From the sequence record PV796108.1: a stretch of DNA of 64,000 nucleotides; one strand, written 5' to 3'. The position numbers and the translations under genes are program-made. The notes under the pieces are model-generated. The model searched no databases. It was given only the letters and a program-made list of their open reading frames with translations, and was not told the origin of the DNA. The stretch's first letter is position 1, and the number at the start of each line of letters is the position of its first letter. Shown here piece by piece: positions 17,937-27,848 of the stretch.

Positions 17937-20414
17937 ATGACTAACACTACAACTACTACAACTAACACAATCGAAGTAAACGTGGAAATGAAAATGAAAG
18001 ATTTACGTGCTATTGGTAAAGGTTTTGGCGTTAAAGCTCCTGTAGGTACAACTAAGGAAACTCTAGTAGCAAACATTATCGCAGCACAAAAACAATTACA
18101 AGCAAACGAAGAGGAGATGGTAGTAATGGAAACAGCTAAAACAATCGTAGAGGAAACTGTAGCAACAACTAATAATACAAACGAAATGGAGATGGTTGAA
18201 ATGGTAAAAACAAATAACGAGGTTAAAGCAAACGAAGTAGTATTATCAGCAGAGGTATTAGCAGCTAACGCAAAAGCATTAGATAACAGCAAAGGTAATG
18301 CATTAGATGTAACTCAACGTAACCCACATAACTTCTTTGCTGGTCATGTAAATCACGTTCAAAATGGTGTAATGCAGTATATCAATGAGGGTGCAGCTCG
18401 TTTCATGGAGCACCAAGAGAAAATGAATTTAGAAGTAACTGACTTCATGTTTGTTAACAATGCAAAAGCAGATGCATTTGGTCGTAAAGTAATTGGTGTT
18501 CTTCAAGTACGTGTAGGTGCTAAGACTATGGTTGTTAAGCAATGGGAACAAACTCCAGCAGCATTAGCAGCAGGTAAACGTGGTGAGTTCGTATGGAAAG
18601 CATTCGAGAACCATACTTACACTAAAGCAGCTCCAACAGCTCAAGGTATCCGTGTTTACAAAACAGATGTATTCGCTCCACTTATGTCTGGTGAAGGTAT
18701 CTTAACTTTACCAATCTATGAGAACAAAGAAGGTTTAGCTCACGTTTCTCTACCAGTAACTCGTGCAGAAAAAGATGGCAAAGTAACATTCTATGAAGTA
18801 TTCCGTTCTCGTCGTGCTGGTGCAGAGTTCTTCTCAGCTCGTACAAATGAAGTAATCAATGCACTATTAACTGCGTCTGCTCGTTTACTACGTGCTCAGT
18901 TCGTAGAAGCTAATCCATTAAACCGTGGTGGAATTAAAGAGTCTTGCCTAAACTGCCGTTTCATCAAATACTTCCCAATCAAAGACGGCGTTACTGATGA
19001 TTTAGAAACTGACAAAGGTTCTTTAGTTGATGTTACAAAACAAATCCAATCTGGTAAAGCTGGTATCGACTATAGCTCAACTCGTTGGATGCAACAATTA
19101 TCTACAGATGAGTTAACTGGTAATGGTTCTAACTTACCTCAACACTTCTGCCCATTAGTAGGAGAGTATGTTGGTAAGAAAGCAGTTATGGACTTCAAGA
19201 AATTAAGTGAAGCAGAATCTAATCAAGTTGAGATTGAAGAAGGCGTGTTCACTTATGTACCAGCAGGTAAAGTAGTAGTATCTGGTCGTGTAATGGATTA
19301 CAACGAGTACTTAGAAAATGAATTAGAAAACGTTGCTTCTGATTGCAACTACTACCACATGAACGAACCAAAAGGTGCTCACGTTGTAGCTGCTGAGAAA
19401 GTAGAAGCTCGTGAAGAACGTGGAACAGATGCAAGCGGCAACTATGCTGAGAAAGTATATGTATCTCCAAACTATGTAACAAATGCGAAACCAGAACGTA
19501 TGGCTGTTCAAATGCGTGTAGCTGGCGTATGGGTTAATGCATTCCCAGGTCAAGTAGACAATGCTGATGCTGTTCGTATCTATGGTTTAGAAGGATACAA
19601 AATGATGTTCTCTGATAAAGCAATGGATCGTTTCGCTGCTTATGGTTTCAACTATGTTCCAACTAAAGAAGCTGTAGATGCTGAGAAGTTTAACTTCAAC
19701 GTTGTATTACGTGGTAGCTACAACACATTAATGAACAACAATGCAACTGAAGAAGATGTAGCAGAAATCGAAAGCTATGTAAAAGAAACTCCAGCTCACA
19801 TCGTTGAAATGTTCAAGAAACGTGCTGATGGTTCTAAATTACAAGAGCGTTGGAACAAAATGGTTTCATTCTTCGAGCGTCAACAAGGATGGAAAACTGT
19901 AGAGACTCGTGCAGACTTCAAAGTTAAGTTCTTTGCTGATAAAGCTGAAGGACGTAAAGTATTAGACTCTGAAGCAGGAGACTTCTCACCAGCAGCATTA
20001 TTATATGATTTCAAATGGAACGAAGAAAACGAAAATGTTCTTCACACTCCAGGCGGAACTGTTGTTGATTACAAAGGTGGTTCTGTAACAATCAATGAGA
20101 ATGGTGAAGAGAAAGAAGTAGTATACAGCGGTATCACTGGTAAAGAGTTCGTTCGTAACATTGATAGCGAGAAAGGTGACCGTTTAGTTGAGTATGTATT
20201 AACAACTGGTAATGATGTAGTATTCGAAACTGACGAAGCAGAAAACATCACAGAAGAAGATGTACGTCTATTAGCGGAAGCTATGCAAATTCTAGTTCAA
20301 CGTGAGATGAACAAATATGTATGGGCTGTTCGTAAAGAGGAAGAAGGAGAGCGTAAAGCTAAAATCAACTTCTTATCTGATGAAGCTAAATTATACATCA
20401 TCGAAAATCTATAA
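17937..20414 (+). CDS. Large multidomain protein: Rho_N-like helical domain, SpoVG-like domain, Cys cluster
   Basis: MKDLRAIGKGFGVK...KETLVANI; NLEVTDFMF...GRKVIGVLQV...IYENKEGLAHVSLPV resembles SpoVG; CLNC...C...C. Confidence 0.6.
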   Translation: MTNTTTTTTNTIEVNVEMKMKDLRAIGKGFGVKAPVGTTKETLVANIIAAQKQLQANEEEMVVMETAKTIVEETVATTNNTNEMEMVEMVKTNNEVKANEVVLSAEVLAANAKALDNSKGNALDVTQRNPHNFFAGHVNHVQNGVMQYINEGAARFMEHQEKMNLEVTDFMFVNNAKADAFGRKVIGVLQVRVGAKTMVVKQWEQTPAALAAGKRGEFVWKAFENHTYTKAAPTAQGIRVYKTDVFAPLMSGEGILTLPIYENKEGLAHVSLPVTRAEKDGKVTFYEVFRSRRAGAEFFSARTNEVINALLTASARLLRAQFVEANPLNRGGIKESCLNCRFIKYFPIKDGVTDDLETDKGSLVDVTKQIQSGKAGIDYSSTRWMQQLSTDELTGNGSNLPQHFCPLVGEYVGKKAVMDFKKLSEAESNQVEIEEGVFTYVPAGKVVVSGRVMDYNEYLENELENVASDCNYYHMNEPKGAHVVAAEKVEAREERGTDASGNYAEKVYVSPNYVTNAKPERMAVQMRVAGVWVNAFPGQVDNADAVRIYGLEGYKMMFSDKAMDRFAAYGFNYVPTKEAVDAEKFNFNVVLRGSYNTLMNNNATEEDVAEIESYVKETPAHIVEMFKKRADGSKLQERWNKMVSFFERQQGWKTVETRADFKVKFFADKAEGRKVLDSEAGDFSPAALLYDFKWNEENENVLHTPGGTVVDYKGGSVTINENGEEKEVVYSGITGKEFVRNIDSEKGDRLVEYVLTTGNDVVFETDEAENITEEDVRLLAEAMQILVQREMNKYVWAVRKEEEGERKAKINFLSDEAKLYIIENL

Positions 20415-20500
20415 GAGGTAAGCAACAACTTAACAGTGAAGACTCGGAGGGAGTGAGAAGCCCCTCCTTTTTATTTTGCCGCTAAAGGAGAGAAAAAATT

Positions 20501-22279
20501 ATGTTAACTAAATTTGTACAAACAAATGAAACAGGTGTAAGTATTCTACAGGTAATCAACAAAGGATTGGTGACAGTAACAGAGAAGTCTGCATATCAAG
20601 ATGATGTAGCAGGTGGATATGACCATGGTGGTTCTGAATCAAGCAATGATGTATTTGTGACTATCACAGCAGAGGAAGCAAATCAATTAGATGATGCTGA
20701 TATCGTTACAGCTGCTTTTGAGATTAATGGTCCGATTGGTGTAGTAAATGGTAGTCAACATGCAGAACGTTTACAGCGTCTATTTGATGAAGAGATGGAA
20801 TGGGTTGTCGCTCACTTCGAAGTTATTCTTGAGAAGGAAGGTACAAGAGTTTATCAGTCCAAGTTAGATGACCAAGGCTATGCAGAAGATGTAGAAGCTT
20901 GGCTTCAGGTTAATGTAAGTAAAGAACCAGGTTTATCGGTAAAAGAAGAGACAACTAAGATTACGTATAAGGAAACTGCTACATTGAATAAGATTGGATT
21001 ACCAGTCGGCACAATGATTAAAGCAGGAGAAGAGTCTTTACGTATTGTTGGTGAAGATACAGAGAACAAAGAGCTAGATACGTATGTTGTATTACAAAAG
21101 CCAGATGGTGAGTTGGTATCTATCCCAGCTCCAATCATCTTAGATTTAAAGCAACCAAAGAAAGAAGAAGTAAAGAAGCTATCTCTAGAAGAAGAGATGG
21201 AGATGATGCGTGAACAAAATGCCAAGAAAGAAATGGGCGACCTACATAAGGTAGAACCACAACAAGAGCCTGTAAAAGAAGAAAAGAAAGAAACTGCATT
21301 AGAAGCATTCATGAACAAAGAAAACCAAACTAAAACAAACAATTCTAAGGAGGAAACAAAAATGACAGCAGCTACAGTACGTTTCGGAGGACAAGCAACA
21401 CAAGGAGCAACTCAAGGTGAAGGAAAAGCAACTGTACGTTTAGGAGCAGCACCAACTAAAACTAACAACCAACCTAAAGGAGAGAAAACAATGACAACTA
21501 CTACTAACAACACTCAAGGAAATGCAGCAACAAGACGATTCGGAGCACAAAAAGGAACAACTACACCAGCACCAGCTATGGAAGGTTTCGGAGTAGATGG
21601 CGTTCAATTACCAGTAACAACACCAGCAGTAGCACCAAAAGGAAAGTTCGATGATTCTCAAACTTACCGTGGTGGTAATGTTCCAAATGCAACTCGTAAA
21701 GCTTGGTATTTAGAGAAGTTAGCTGAAGACAATCGTATCGTTACAAACATCTTAGAATTAAAACGTAATATGAATCTAGGTATCGAGTCTATTAAAATCT
21801 ACGATCCAGTTGCAATGTTCCAATCTGGTGAACTTAAATTTGCTAAGAACGAGAAGTGTGTGGCAATCGTAGAAGTAGTATTAGCTGGTGGCGAAATGGT
21901 TATGCCTTTCGATATCTTTGTAAGTGAAGACGGAGAAAGCTTATTCTCTCCAAACATCAAACGTATGAAGACCTTCAAAGGATGGGCTTCTAAGTATCAA
22001 ATGAGCGTATCTAACTTAACTGAAAGCACTGTAACATGCTGTGGTAAACGTATCGAAGTGAAAGATGGTAAAGAGTTTGCTTGCCCAGTATGTAAGAAGG
22101 AAATGGTAATGGCAATCAATCGTGTTGTATTCAATCGTACAACTGGTCAAGAAGAGAAAGTACAAGTACAAACTTACAACAACCGTAAGCAACTACTTCC
22201 ATTCAACTTCCAAATTGGTGAGAGCTTACTTGCTCAAGTAATGGTATTTGCTCACGACTTCTTTGGATACGAAATGTAA
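20501..22279 (+). CDS. Multidomain protein with C-terminal SpoVG-like domain and Zn ribbon
   Basis: LGIESIKIY...CVAIVEVVL...DIFVSEDGESLFSP; inserted TCCG...CPVC; T/N/Q-rich linker. Confidence 0.55.
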   Translation: MLTKFVQTNETGVSILQVINKGLVTVTEKSAYQDDVAGGYDHGGSESSNDVFVTITAEEANQLDDADIVTAAFEINGPIGVVNGSQHAERLQRLFDEEMEWVVAHFEVILEKEGTRVYQSKLDDQGYAEDVEAWLQVNVSKEPGLSVKEETTKITYKETATLNKIGLPVGTMIKAGEESLRIVGEDTENKELDTYVVLQKPDGELVSIPAPIILDLKQPKKEEVKKLSLEEEMEMMREQNAKKEMGDLHKVEPQQEPVKEEKKETALEAFMNKENQTKTNNSKEETKMTAATVRFGGQATQGATQGEGKATVRLGAAPTKTNNQPKGEKTMTTTTNNTQGNAATRRFGAQKGTTTPAPAMEGFGVDGVQLPVTTPAVAPKGKFDDSQTYRGGNVPNATRKAWYLEKLAEDNRIVTNILELKRNMNLGIESIKIYDPVAMFQSGELKFAKNEKCVAIVEVVLAGGEMVMPFDIFVSEDGESLFSPNIKRMKTFKGWASKYQMSVSNLTESTVTCCGKRIEVKDGKEFACPVCKKEMVMAINRVVFNRTTGQEEKVQVQTYNNRKQLLPFNFQIGESLLAQVMVFAHDFFGYEM

Positions 22280-22361
22280 TTGAGGGGGCTAGTCCCTCTC
22301 TTTCTTTTTTATTGTTGATTAATACAAAAACTTATAACATATACCCAGGAGGAATTTAACC

Positions 22362-24467
22362 ATGACTAAATTTGCTAAGAGCTTTTATATTGTAGGAAAC
22401 CACGATACGGATGTATTACCAGTAAGAAAGTATGTTATTGATGGTCTCAAGAGAGATTTTGATTTAGAAGAAGTACCACATGAAGTAGTTGCAGGTTTAT
22501 CAGTAATGGCATCAGAAGCAGATGTAAGGTTCCGTGTAAACAAAGGACAAGGTAAGTTATTCTGTTCTTGTGGATACCAAGGAGATGCAGTAACAGTATT
22601 TGAAAAGGTAGTAGCGAATGAAGCGGTATTCCACATAGGGATGCTTGATGAGGAGAGAGAAGCAGAAGAAAAGAAAACATTTGAACACAATTTCTATGAT
22701 TTAAAGAGAGTTGTATCATGTCCAGAGTGTGGTAGTGACAACCATGAGATCACAGCTGTATCTTCAGTGGATAGCATTAAGAATCCTATGTATATGAAAC
22801 TCTATCATAATGAGAGAGGTGTTTCATTGTCTTATGGTATTCAAAGTTATTACTTCAATCCGAATGTAGAGAAGCTTGGAACAAAGTTATCACGAGCACG
22901 TATTACATTCTCATACAAAACAAACATGTTCTACTTTGTACGTGGTGGTAAAGTACGTAATATCTCTTACGGCACATTCCCAAGTAGGACAGCATCAGGA
23001 GAGTTCCACGATGTATTCAATAATGCAAGGGACAACGAGGAGTGGGCAATGGCTATTAAAGAGTTTAAAGAGACGGTTATTAAACATACGGGGGCATTTA
23101 TCTCAGAAGAGTTGGTAAATAAAGTACACGGTAGTGATATGGTTCTATTCATGGCTAGTATTGTTTGTCCACATCTAACGATTCTTCCGTTCCAACCAGA
23201 CCCATATCGTTTAAAAGAAGGAGTGAAAGTATTAAGAAAGTTGCCACTGAAGAAGAAAGCTATTACACAATTCTTAAATGGACCAGTGACAAAAGCTATG
23301 ACTCCTTATGTGAAAAACCAAGCAGATATTCGCTTCTTTGCTATGATAACTTCTTTAGTACAAGACCCTAACTATCGTTTAACATTGTTAAAAGCATATC
23401 AAGAGTATGGCGACAAGCATATCAGAAACAGTTTCCATACAGATAGAATCTCAGAAGTGAAGTCATTTGATATGGTAGTGAAGGAACTGAAGGCATATGA
23501 TTTCCCGCAAGAGTCAATGGATTGGTTAAAGTCTTTACATCCAACAGATGCAAGTATGTATCATGCAATGGTTCGTATGGCAACAGAGCCAGTTAAAGAA
23601 TGGAATAGTGAAGAGCGTCGTATGGTTGAGACAGGAGAAAAGAAAGTGAATCTCGGTAGTGTGAATTGGCTTACTCGTGACTCTCACCGTATGTATCAGG
23701 ATATCATAGCGGCACTACCAGCTTATGATTTACGTTACGATGGAAACATGAGAGAGACGCATGATAGATTAACAAGAGACTTTAATCGTATTAGACAAGC
23801 ACCACGTACGATTCCTTACTCAGAAGATGAAAGAACATACCTAGTTGCTTCTCATGGTGGATATGATTTCGTATTACCAGAGGTGACAACAGAGTTAGTA
23901 GAGTGTGGACAGGCATTAGATATCTGTGTAGGTGGATATGGTAATGAGGTAGCAAATAAACGCACACTGATTGTATTTGTTAAGAAAGAAGATAAATATG
24001 CGGCTTGTATTGAGATTACTCCTACTGGACATATGTCTCAAGCAAAAGGATATGGCAACAATAGATTCCGTCCTTTAGCAGATGATGTGATTGATGCAAT
24101 TGCACACTGGGCTTCTAATGGCGGCGTAAATCTAAACACGTATGATATGAATAGCCACAGAGAGAGACTAGAAAAAGAGTATGCACACTTATTCGAACGT
24201 CCTGAGTTCTTAGTAAAAGAGATTGGGAACCCAGAAGAGTCTGTATGTTTAGAAGTTACACAAGAGATGCTTGAGCAAGAACCAGTAGTAGCAGAAGCAT
24301 ATCAACCAGAGCCTAATCCATTTGATGTGTTAGATTTCGAACCTGCACCTGTATATGGGAGAGCATTAGACCAACGTCAGTTAGTAGAAGTACCAGTAGC
24401 TCGTAATGTAGGCGAACCAATTAGAGCAGAATTGTTGGGGGACCTTAACGATGACCTTCCATTCTAA
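22362..24467 (+). CDS. PcfJ-like domain protein with N-terminal Zn finger
   Basis: HDRL...LPEVTTELVECGQALDICVGGY...CIEI...QAKGYGN; N-terminal CSCG and CPECG. Confidence 0.85.
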   Translation: MTKFAKSFYIVGNHDTDVLPVRKYVIDGLKRDFDLEEVPHEVVAGLSVMASEADVRFRVNKGQGKLFCSCGYQGDAVTVFEKVVANEAVFHIGMLDEEREAEEKKTFEHNFYDLKRVVSCPECGSDNHEITAVSSVDSIKNPMYMKLYHNERGVSLSYGIQSYYFNPNVEKLGTKLSRARITFSYKTNMFYFVRGGKVRNISYGTFPSRTASGEFHDVFNNARDNEEWAMAIKEFKETVIKHTGAFISEELVNKVHGSDMVLFMASIVCPHLTILPFQPDPYRLKEGVKVLRKLPLKKKAITQFLNGPVTKAMTPYVKNQADIRFFAMITSLVQDPNYRLTLLKAYQEYGDKHIRNSFHTDRISEVKSFDMVVKELKAYDFPQESMDWLKSLHPTDASMYHAMVRMATEPVKEWNSEERRMVETGEKKVNLGSVNWLTRDSHRMYQDIIAALPAYDLRYDGNMRETHDRLTRDFNRIRQAPRTIPYSEDERTYLVASHGGYDFVLPEVTTELVECGQALDICVGGYGNEVANKRTLIVFVKKEDKYAACIEITPTGHMSQAKGYGNNRFRPLADDVIDAIAHWASNGGVNLNTYDMNSHRERLEKEYAHLFERPEFLVKEIGNPEESVCLEVTQEMLEQEPVVAEAYQPEPNPFDVLDFEPAPVYGRALDQRQLVEVPVARNVGEPIRAELLGDLNDDLPF

Positions 24468-24469
24468 TA

Positions 24470-24830
24470 TATATGGCGCCCCACGAGCGAAGCGAGTAAT
24501 ATTCTTCTTTTTGTGTCAATGGCTGATAAGCCACATGTATGCAAAAAGAATTAAAGTTATCGTACAGAATGTGTACCCTTCGAGGCAACGAGAAGGTAGT
24601 ACATACTCTGTACATCCTTTGAACAGTCCTGAGCTACGTAGTAGCGAGTATAAACGAGGAAGGACTGTTCTATGTAAGGGGAGGGTTATTAATCGGCTGG
24701 TAACACGCCGATCCATTTTATTTGGCCTTCGGCTGCCAGTGTTCCGCCTTCGGCTATACGGAGCAGTGGGTATCCATTCGGATACCAGTCGGTGGGAGGG
24801 TTAGGTTGGAAGGGTAAGTTGTTATATATA
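24470..24830 (+). ncRNA. Candidate structured ncRNA (unassigned)
   Basis: At least seven adjacent stems in a GC-richer intergenic gap, two capped by CUUCGG; strand assumed from flanking genes. Confidence 0.5.
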
Positions 24831-24861
24831 TCACTTCGTGTAAGGGAAAGGTGGGATTGGT

Positions 24862-25167
24862 ATGGTAAGGAAAGTATTTCAGGTACAGGTAATAAAGAAC
24901 AATAGTGGTTGGGATGCACATGAGGGATTGGTCTACGATGTAAGGAATGTAACGCATGATGTGGAATTGTATCGGTTGGCGGTAACGGAACGAAATACTG
25001 CTAATATGGATAAGGTGTGTATGGAGAGACCTAATCAGGTAGAGTATCGGGACCAGATATATAAAACGGGGCGGGCATGTTTACCTATGGATATGGCGAT
25101 TCGAGTGAATATGAATAATGAGGGTAATTTATGTAATCTGAAGGAGGATGATTATGCAAGTAGTTGA
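24862..25167 (+). CDS. Small beta-rich protein with shared C-terminal motif
   Basis: Ends NNEGNLCNLKEDDYASS. Confidence 0.7.
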   Translation: MVRKVFQVQVIKNNSGWDAHEGLVYDVRNVTHDVELYRLAVTERNTANMDKVCMERPNQVEYRDQIYKTGRACLPMDMAIRVNMNNEGNLCNLKEDDYASS

Positions 25168-25327
25168 TGTAACGTATGTAGGGTATGTGGATGAGGTAGA
25201 GGTATGTCGGTTTACACTGGAGAGTTGTGTGGAATGTGACCCGTCGTTTGAGCAAATGGTTGAGGATAGGCAGACGGAAATGGAAGTTATGTTGGATTTG
25301 AAGGATGTGTATTGGGATAGGGAGTAA
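25154..25327 (+). CDS. 57-aa acidic hypothetical protein
   Basis: AAGGAGG SD inside upstream ORF; MQVVDVTYVGYVDEVEVCRF...; followed by a terminator. Confidence 0.55.
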   Translation: MQVVDVTYVGYVDEVEVCRFTLESCVECDPSFEQMVEDRQTEMEVMLDLKDVYWDRE

Positions 25328-25388
25328 TCTCTGTCCCTTTTTTTGTACCGCTATGGTATTATGTTTTTATTATGTAAGGGGGATTTTT

Positions 25389-25586
25389 ATGAAGCAGTTA
25401 GTAACAGGTTTATATACGAGTCATGATGAGTTAGTGAGGGCGGGCTTCGCCTTTATGGAGACTCAAATTCATGATGAGGTAAAGCCTATTCATACATATA
25501 GTAAGGGTGTTAAAGTATATTACTTCGTGGAGAATAGTCCAGGGGAGTATATGTTTATGTATGGATTGAAAGGGGCGGTAGCATGA
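25389..25586 (+). CDS. Hypothetical protein
   Basis: Start moved to ATG 25389 after GGGGG SD. Confidence 0.65.
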   Translation: MKQLVTGLYTSHDELVRAGFAFMETQIHDEVKPIHTYSKGVKVYYFVENSPGEYMFMYGLKGAVA

Positions 25587-25831
25587 ACTCGCATTGTCTG
25601 GGTAACGTCGAGGAGATATATCAGCGAACGGTGGCAGGTCTTGTTGAACAACTTAAAGCACGCCGTCAAGAGAAAGGATTAACTCAGAAGCAATTGAGTG
25701 AGTTGGCAATGATTGATACGAAAACTATCCAGAAGATAGAGACAGGGAAATGGTTGCCATCCATGCGGAGTTTGATGTTAATGTCCGAGGCATTGGATAT
25801 GACTGTATTCTTTGATTTACGTATTAAGTAG
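25583..25831 (+). CDS. XRE-family HTH regulator
   Basis: LKARRQEKGLTQKQLSELAMIDTKTIQKIETGKWLPSMRSL. Confidence 0.92.
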   Translation: MNSHCLGNVEEIYQRTVAGLVEQLKARRQEKGLTQKQLSELAMIDTKTIQKIETGKWLPSMRSLMLMSEALDMTVFFDLRIK

Positions 25832-26010
25832 GTATACACAAGTTATTCATAGATTAGGTGATTTTTAAGTGTTTAGGCGGGGATTTTTCGATAGACTTGC
25901 TTGCACTGTTAATATCTATGCATAATCTTGTATATATATAGTTGTACAATATGAGAAGCGTGGGGACGTTATCTCAAAAAAAAATTTAAATTGAAAAGGA
26001 GAGATTTACA

Positions 26011-26532
26011 ATGGCAGCATTTGGCGCTAAAGCAGAACAAACTCAACAAGAGGAAACACAAGTAAAACAGGAGGGTACAGGTACTACTGCAACTATGGAA
26101 GCACCTAAACCTGAAGCACCAACTATGGAGGTACAAGCACCTAGAGAGGCTCGTGCCGCTACACGTAGATTTAGCAGAGGAGCTAATGACCCAACATGGT
26201 TCTTAAATCGTGACGGGGAGCTTGAGGTAGTAACTGATGAGGATACAAATCCAGCATTAGGAATCATCAAGATTTATGCTCGTGGTGCAACAGATGCACA
26301 GTTCAACAATGGTATTATCGCAAACGTATCATTAGATACAGTACTAGGTCGTATTGAAGGGTTCCAGATTCGTGAGTCTAAAGAGCGTGATGGAAACATT
26401 CAATTAAGTGAGCCATCTAGTTCTTACATGTCTGGAACACAAAAGAAGTACAATAACTATACGAAACTATTGAATCCAGTGAAAGCTCAGATTCTTAGTC
26501 ATGTATGGTCACAACTAAGCCCTGTGGAGTAA
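26011..26532 (+). CDS. SpoVG-like nucleic-acid-binding protein with disordered N-terminus
   Basis: GIIANVSL...IEGFQIRES...GNIQLSEPS...KKYNN...VKAQILSHV aligns by eye to SpoVG. Confidence 0.6.
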   Translation: MAAFGAKAEQTQQEETQVKQEGTGTTATMEAPKPEAPTMEVQAPREARAATRRFSRGANDPTWFLNRDGELEVVTDEDTNPALGIIKIYARGATDAQFNNGIIANVSLDTVLGRIEGFQIRESKERDGNIQLSEPSSSYMSGTQKKYNNYTKLLNPVKAQILSHVWSQLSPVE

Positions 26533-26696
26533 TCCCAGGGTTTTCTTTTTTTCGCCGTGCCCACTAGTTGGGTATTGGTGTGCCGCTAACAGAGGTTGTC
26601 TATTTTAAGACCTCTAGCGTGCTTGTAACGAGGGCGTAGTCTTTTCTGGTACAAATAGTCTTTGTAGCTGATTGACCCGCCGAGAGGAGGACGACA

Positions 26697-26783
26697 ATGA
26701 GGCGAGCGCATTGGTTATCTATTATCTTTGCATTCATACTGTTATTACTTATGATAGCGGTACGTATGTTACCAGTATATTAG
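26697..26783 (+). CDS. 28-aa TM micropeptide
   Basis: GAGGAGG SD; MRRAHWLSIIFAFILLLLMIAVRMLPVY. Confidence 0.6.
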   Translation: MRRAHWLSIIFAFILLLLMIAVRMLPVY

Positions 26784-26793
26784 GAGGGATAGT

Positions 26794-27108
26794 ATGGCAG
26801 TCGGGCCAGAACGTTTACTAGGTCATCCATTCTTTGTGCATGTACACATATCACATCCAGCATGGCAAGACCTATACGATAAAAAGATTCTTGTGCAGGA
26901 GTATGTACCCAATCCACAACCAAACTGGGTACCTGTACGGTCAAAGTATCATGTACTACGATGCGAACACAACAACCAATTCTTAAAAGAGGTTCATCAT
27001 TATCGGAATGGCTCCTATGTTATACAAGCAGATATATGTGAAAGAATTGCATATGATAACAAGGAGACACTCTATTCATTAAAACAAGAGGATGCTTCTT
27101 ATATATAG
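26794..27108 (+). CDS. Paralog family A (C-x-x-N beta-barrel-like) with C-terminal motif
   Basis: FFVHV...ILVQEY...RCEHNNQFL; ends DNKETLYSLKQED. Confidence 0.75.
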   Translation: MAVGPERLLGHPFFVHVHISHPAWQDLYDKKILVQEYVPNPQPNWVPVRSKYHVLRCEHNNQFLKEVHHYRNGSYVIQADICERIAYDNKETLYSLKQEDASYI

Positions 27109-27119
27109 GGGGAGAGTTT

Positions 27120-27368
27120 ATGATAGTACGATATGGGCACATGGAATTCAATGCGTCGGATATGCATACACCAGAGGGGATTATTGACATACTAGCGGAC
27201 ACATTTCCTGAGTTAGGTGATGGTAAAGGTATATATAAGAGAGAGGGCGATATCCTACGTATCTTTGTAAAACCTATGGCAACGCAGAAGTATCAGTTCC
27301 GCCAAGTCTCGTATGAGAACAATAAGACAACCATCACTACGATGAGGCAGGAGGTGAACTATGGGTAG
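27120..27368 (+). CDS. Hypothetical protein with C-terminal motif
   Basis: Ends NNKTTITTMRQEVNYG. Confidence 0.7.
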   Translation: MIVRYGHMEFNASDMHTPEGIIDILADTFPELGDGKGIYKREGDILRIFVKPMATQKYQFRQVSYENNKTTITTMRQEVNYG

Positions 27369-27675
27369 TTATAGAGCTGTACATGAAGAAGACTTAATAG
27401 GTGAGCCTATATATGTATATATACATGACCATGGCAATGCCCTTATTAATGACAAGTTTATATACGTAAGGAAGTTTCACCCGCAGGGGACTTTCGCTGG
27501 GCTATCCCGTAGCACGTATCAAGTAGAGAACTGTCCACACAATGATAAGCTACTATCTACCTATAATAACTATAGGGACTATAACATGTGTGTAGATAAA
27601 CGTAACTGTAGGAAAGCCGTAGAAAGCAATACAGTGGCTACTAAGTCTATGAAGATAGAAATACCCTTGGACTAG
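27361..27675 (+). CDS. Paralog family A with C-terminal motif
   Basis: NCPHNDKLL; ends SNTVATKSMKIE. Confidence 0.75.
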   Translation: MGSYRAVHEEDLIGEPIYVYIHDHGNALINDKFIYVRKFHPQGTFAGLSRSTYQVENCPHNDKLLSTYNNYRDYNMCVDKRNCRKAVESNTVATKSMKIEIPLD

Positions 27676-27848
27676 CTAACGGACGAACCAGGGGATATAG
27701 GACACTCTAAAAGGGGGTCTGGCACCTTCGGAATGTAAGTAGTTGGTTCGTATGTGGTAGGAATGCTGTTATATCAACGTTTATCCCCTATGTGCTTATA
27801 TATAGTGTATAGGGGTGTTTTTATGTAAAAGAGGAGGTATTTCTCTGT

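Noticed and set aside
24451-24957. Track ORFs 24451(+), 24516(-), 24689(-) and 24754(-)
   Set aside because: No SD and atypical composition; they overlie the dense hairpin region, which is better explained as RNA structure.
10725-26565. GCCCAC(CC)/GGGTGGG motif at 10725, 10826, 16338, 16706 and 26559
   Set aside because: Mixed orientation and no consistent spacing to genes; I could not distinguish it from chance.
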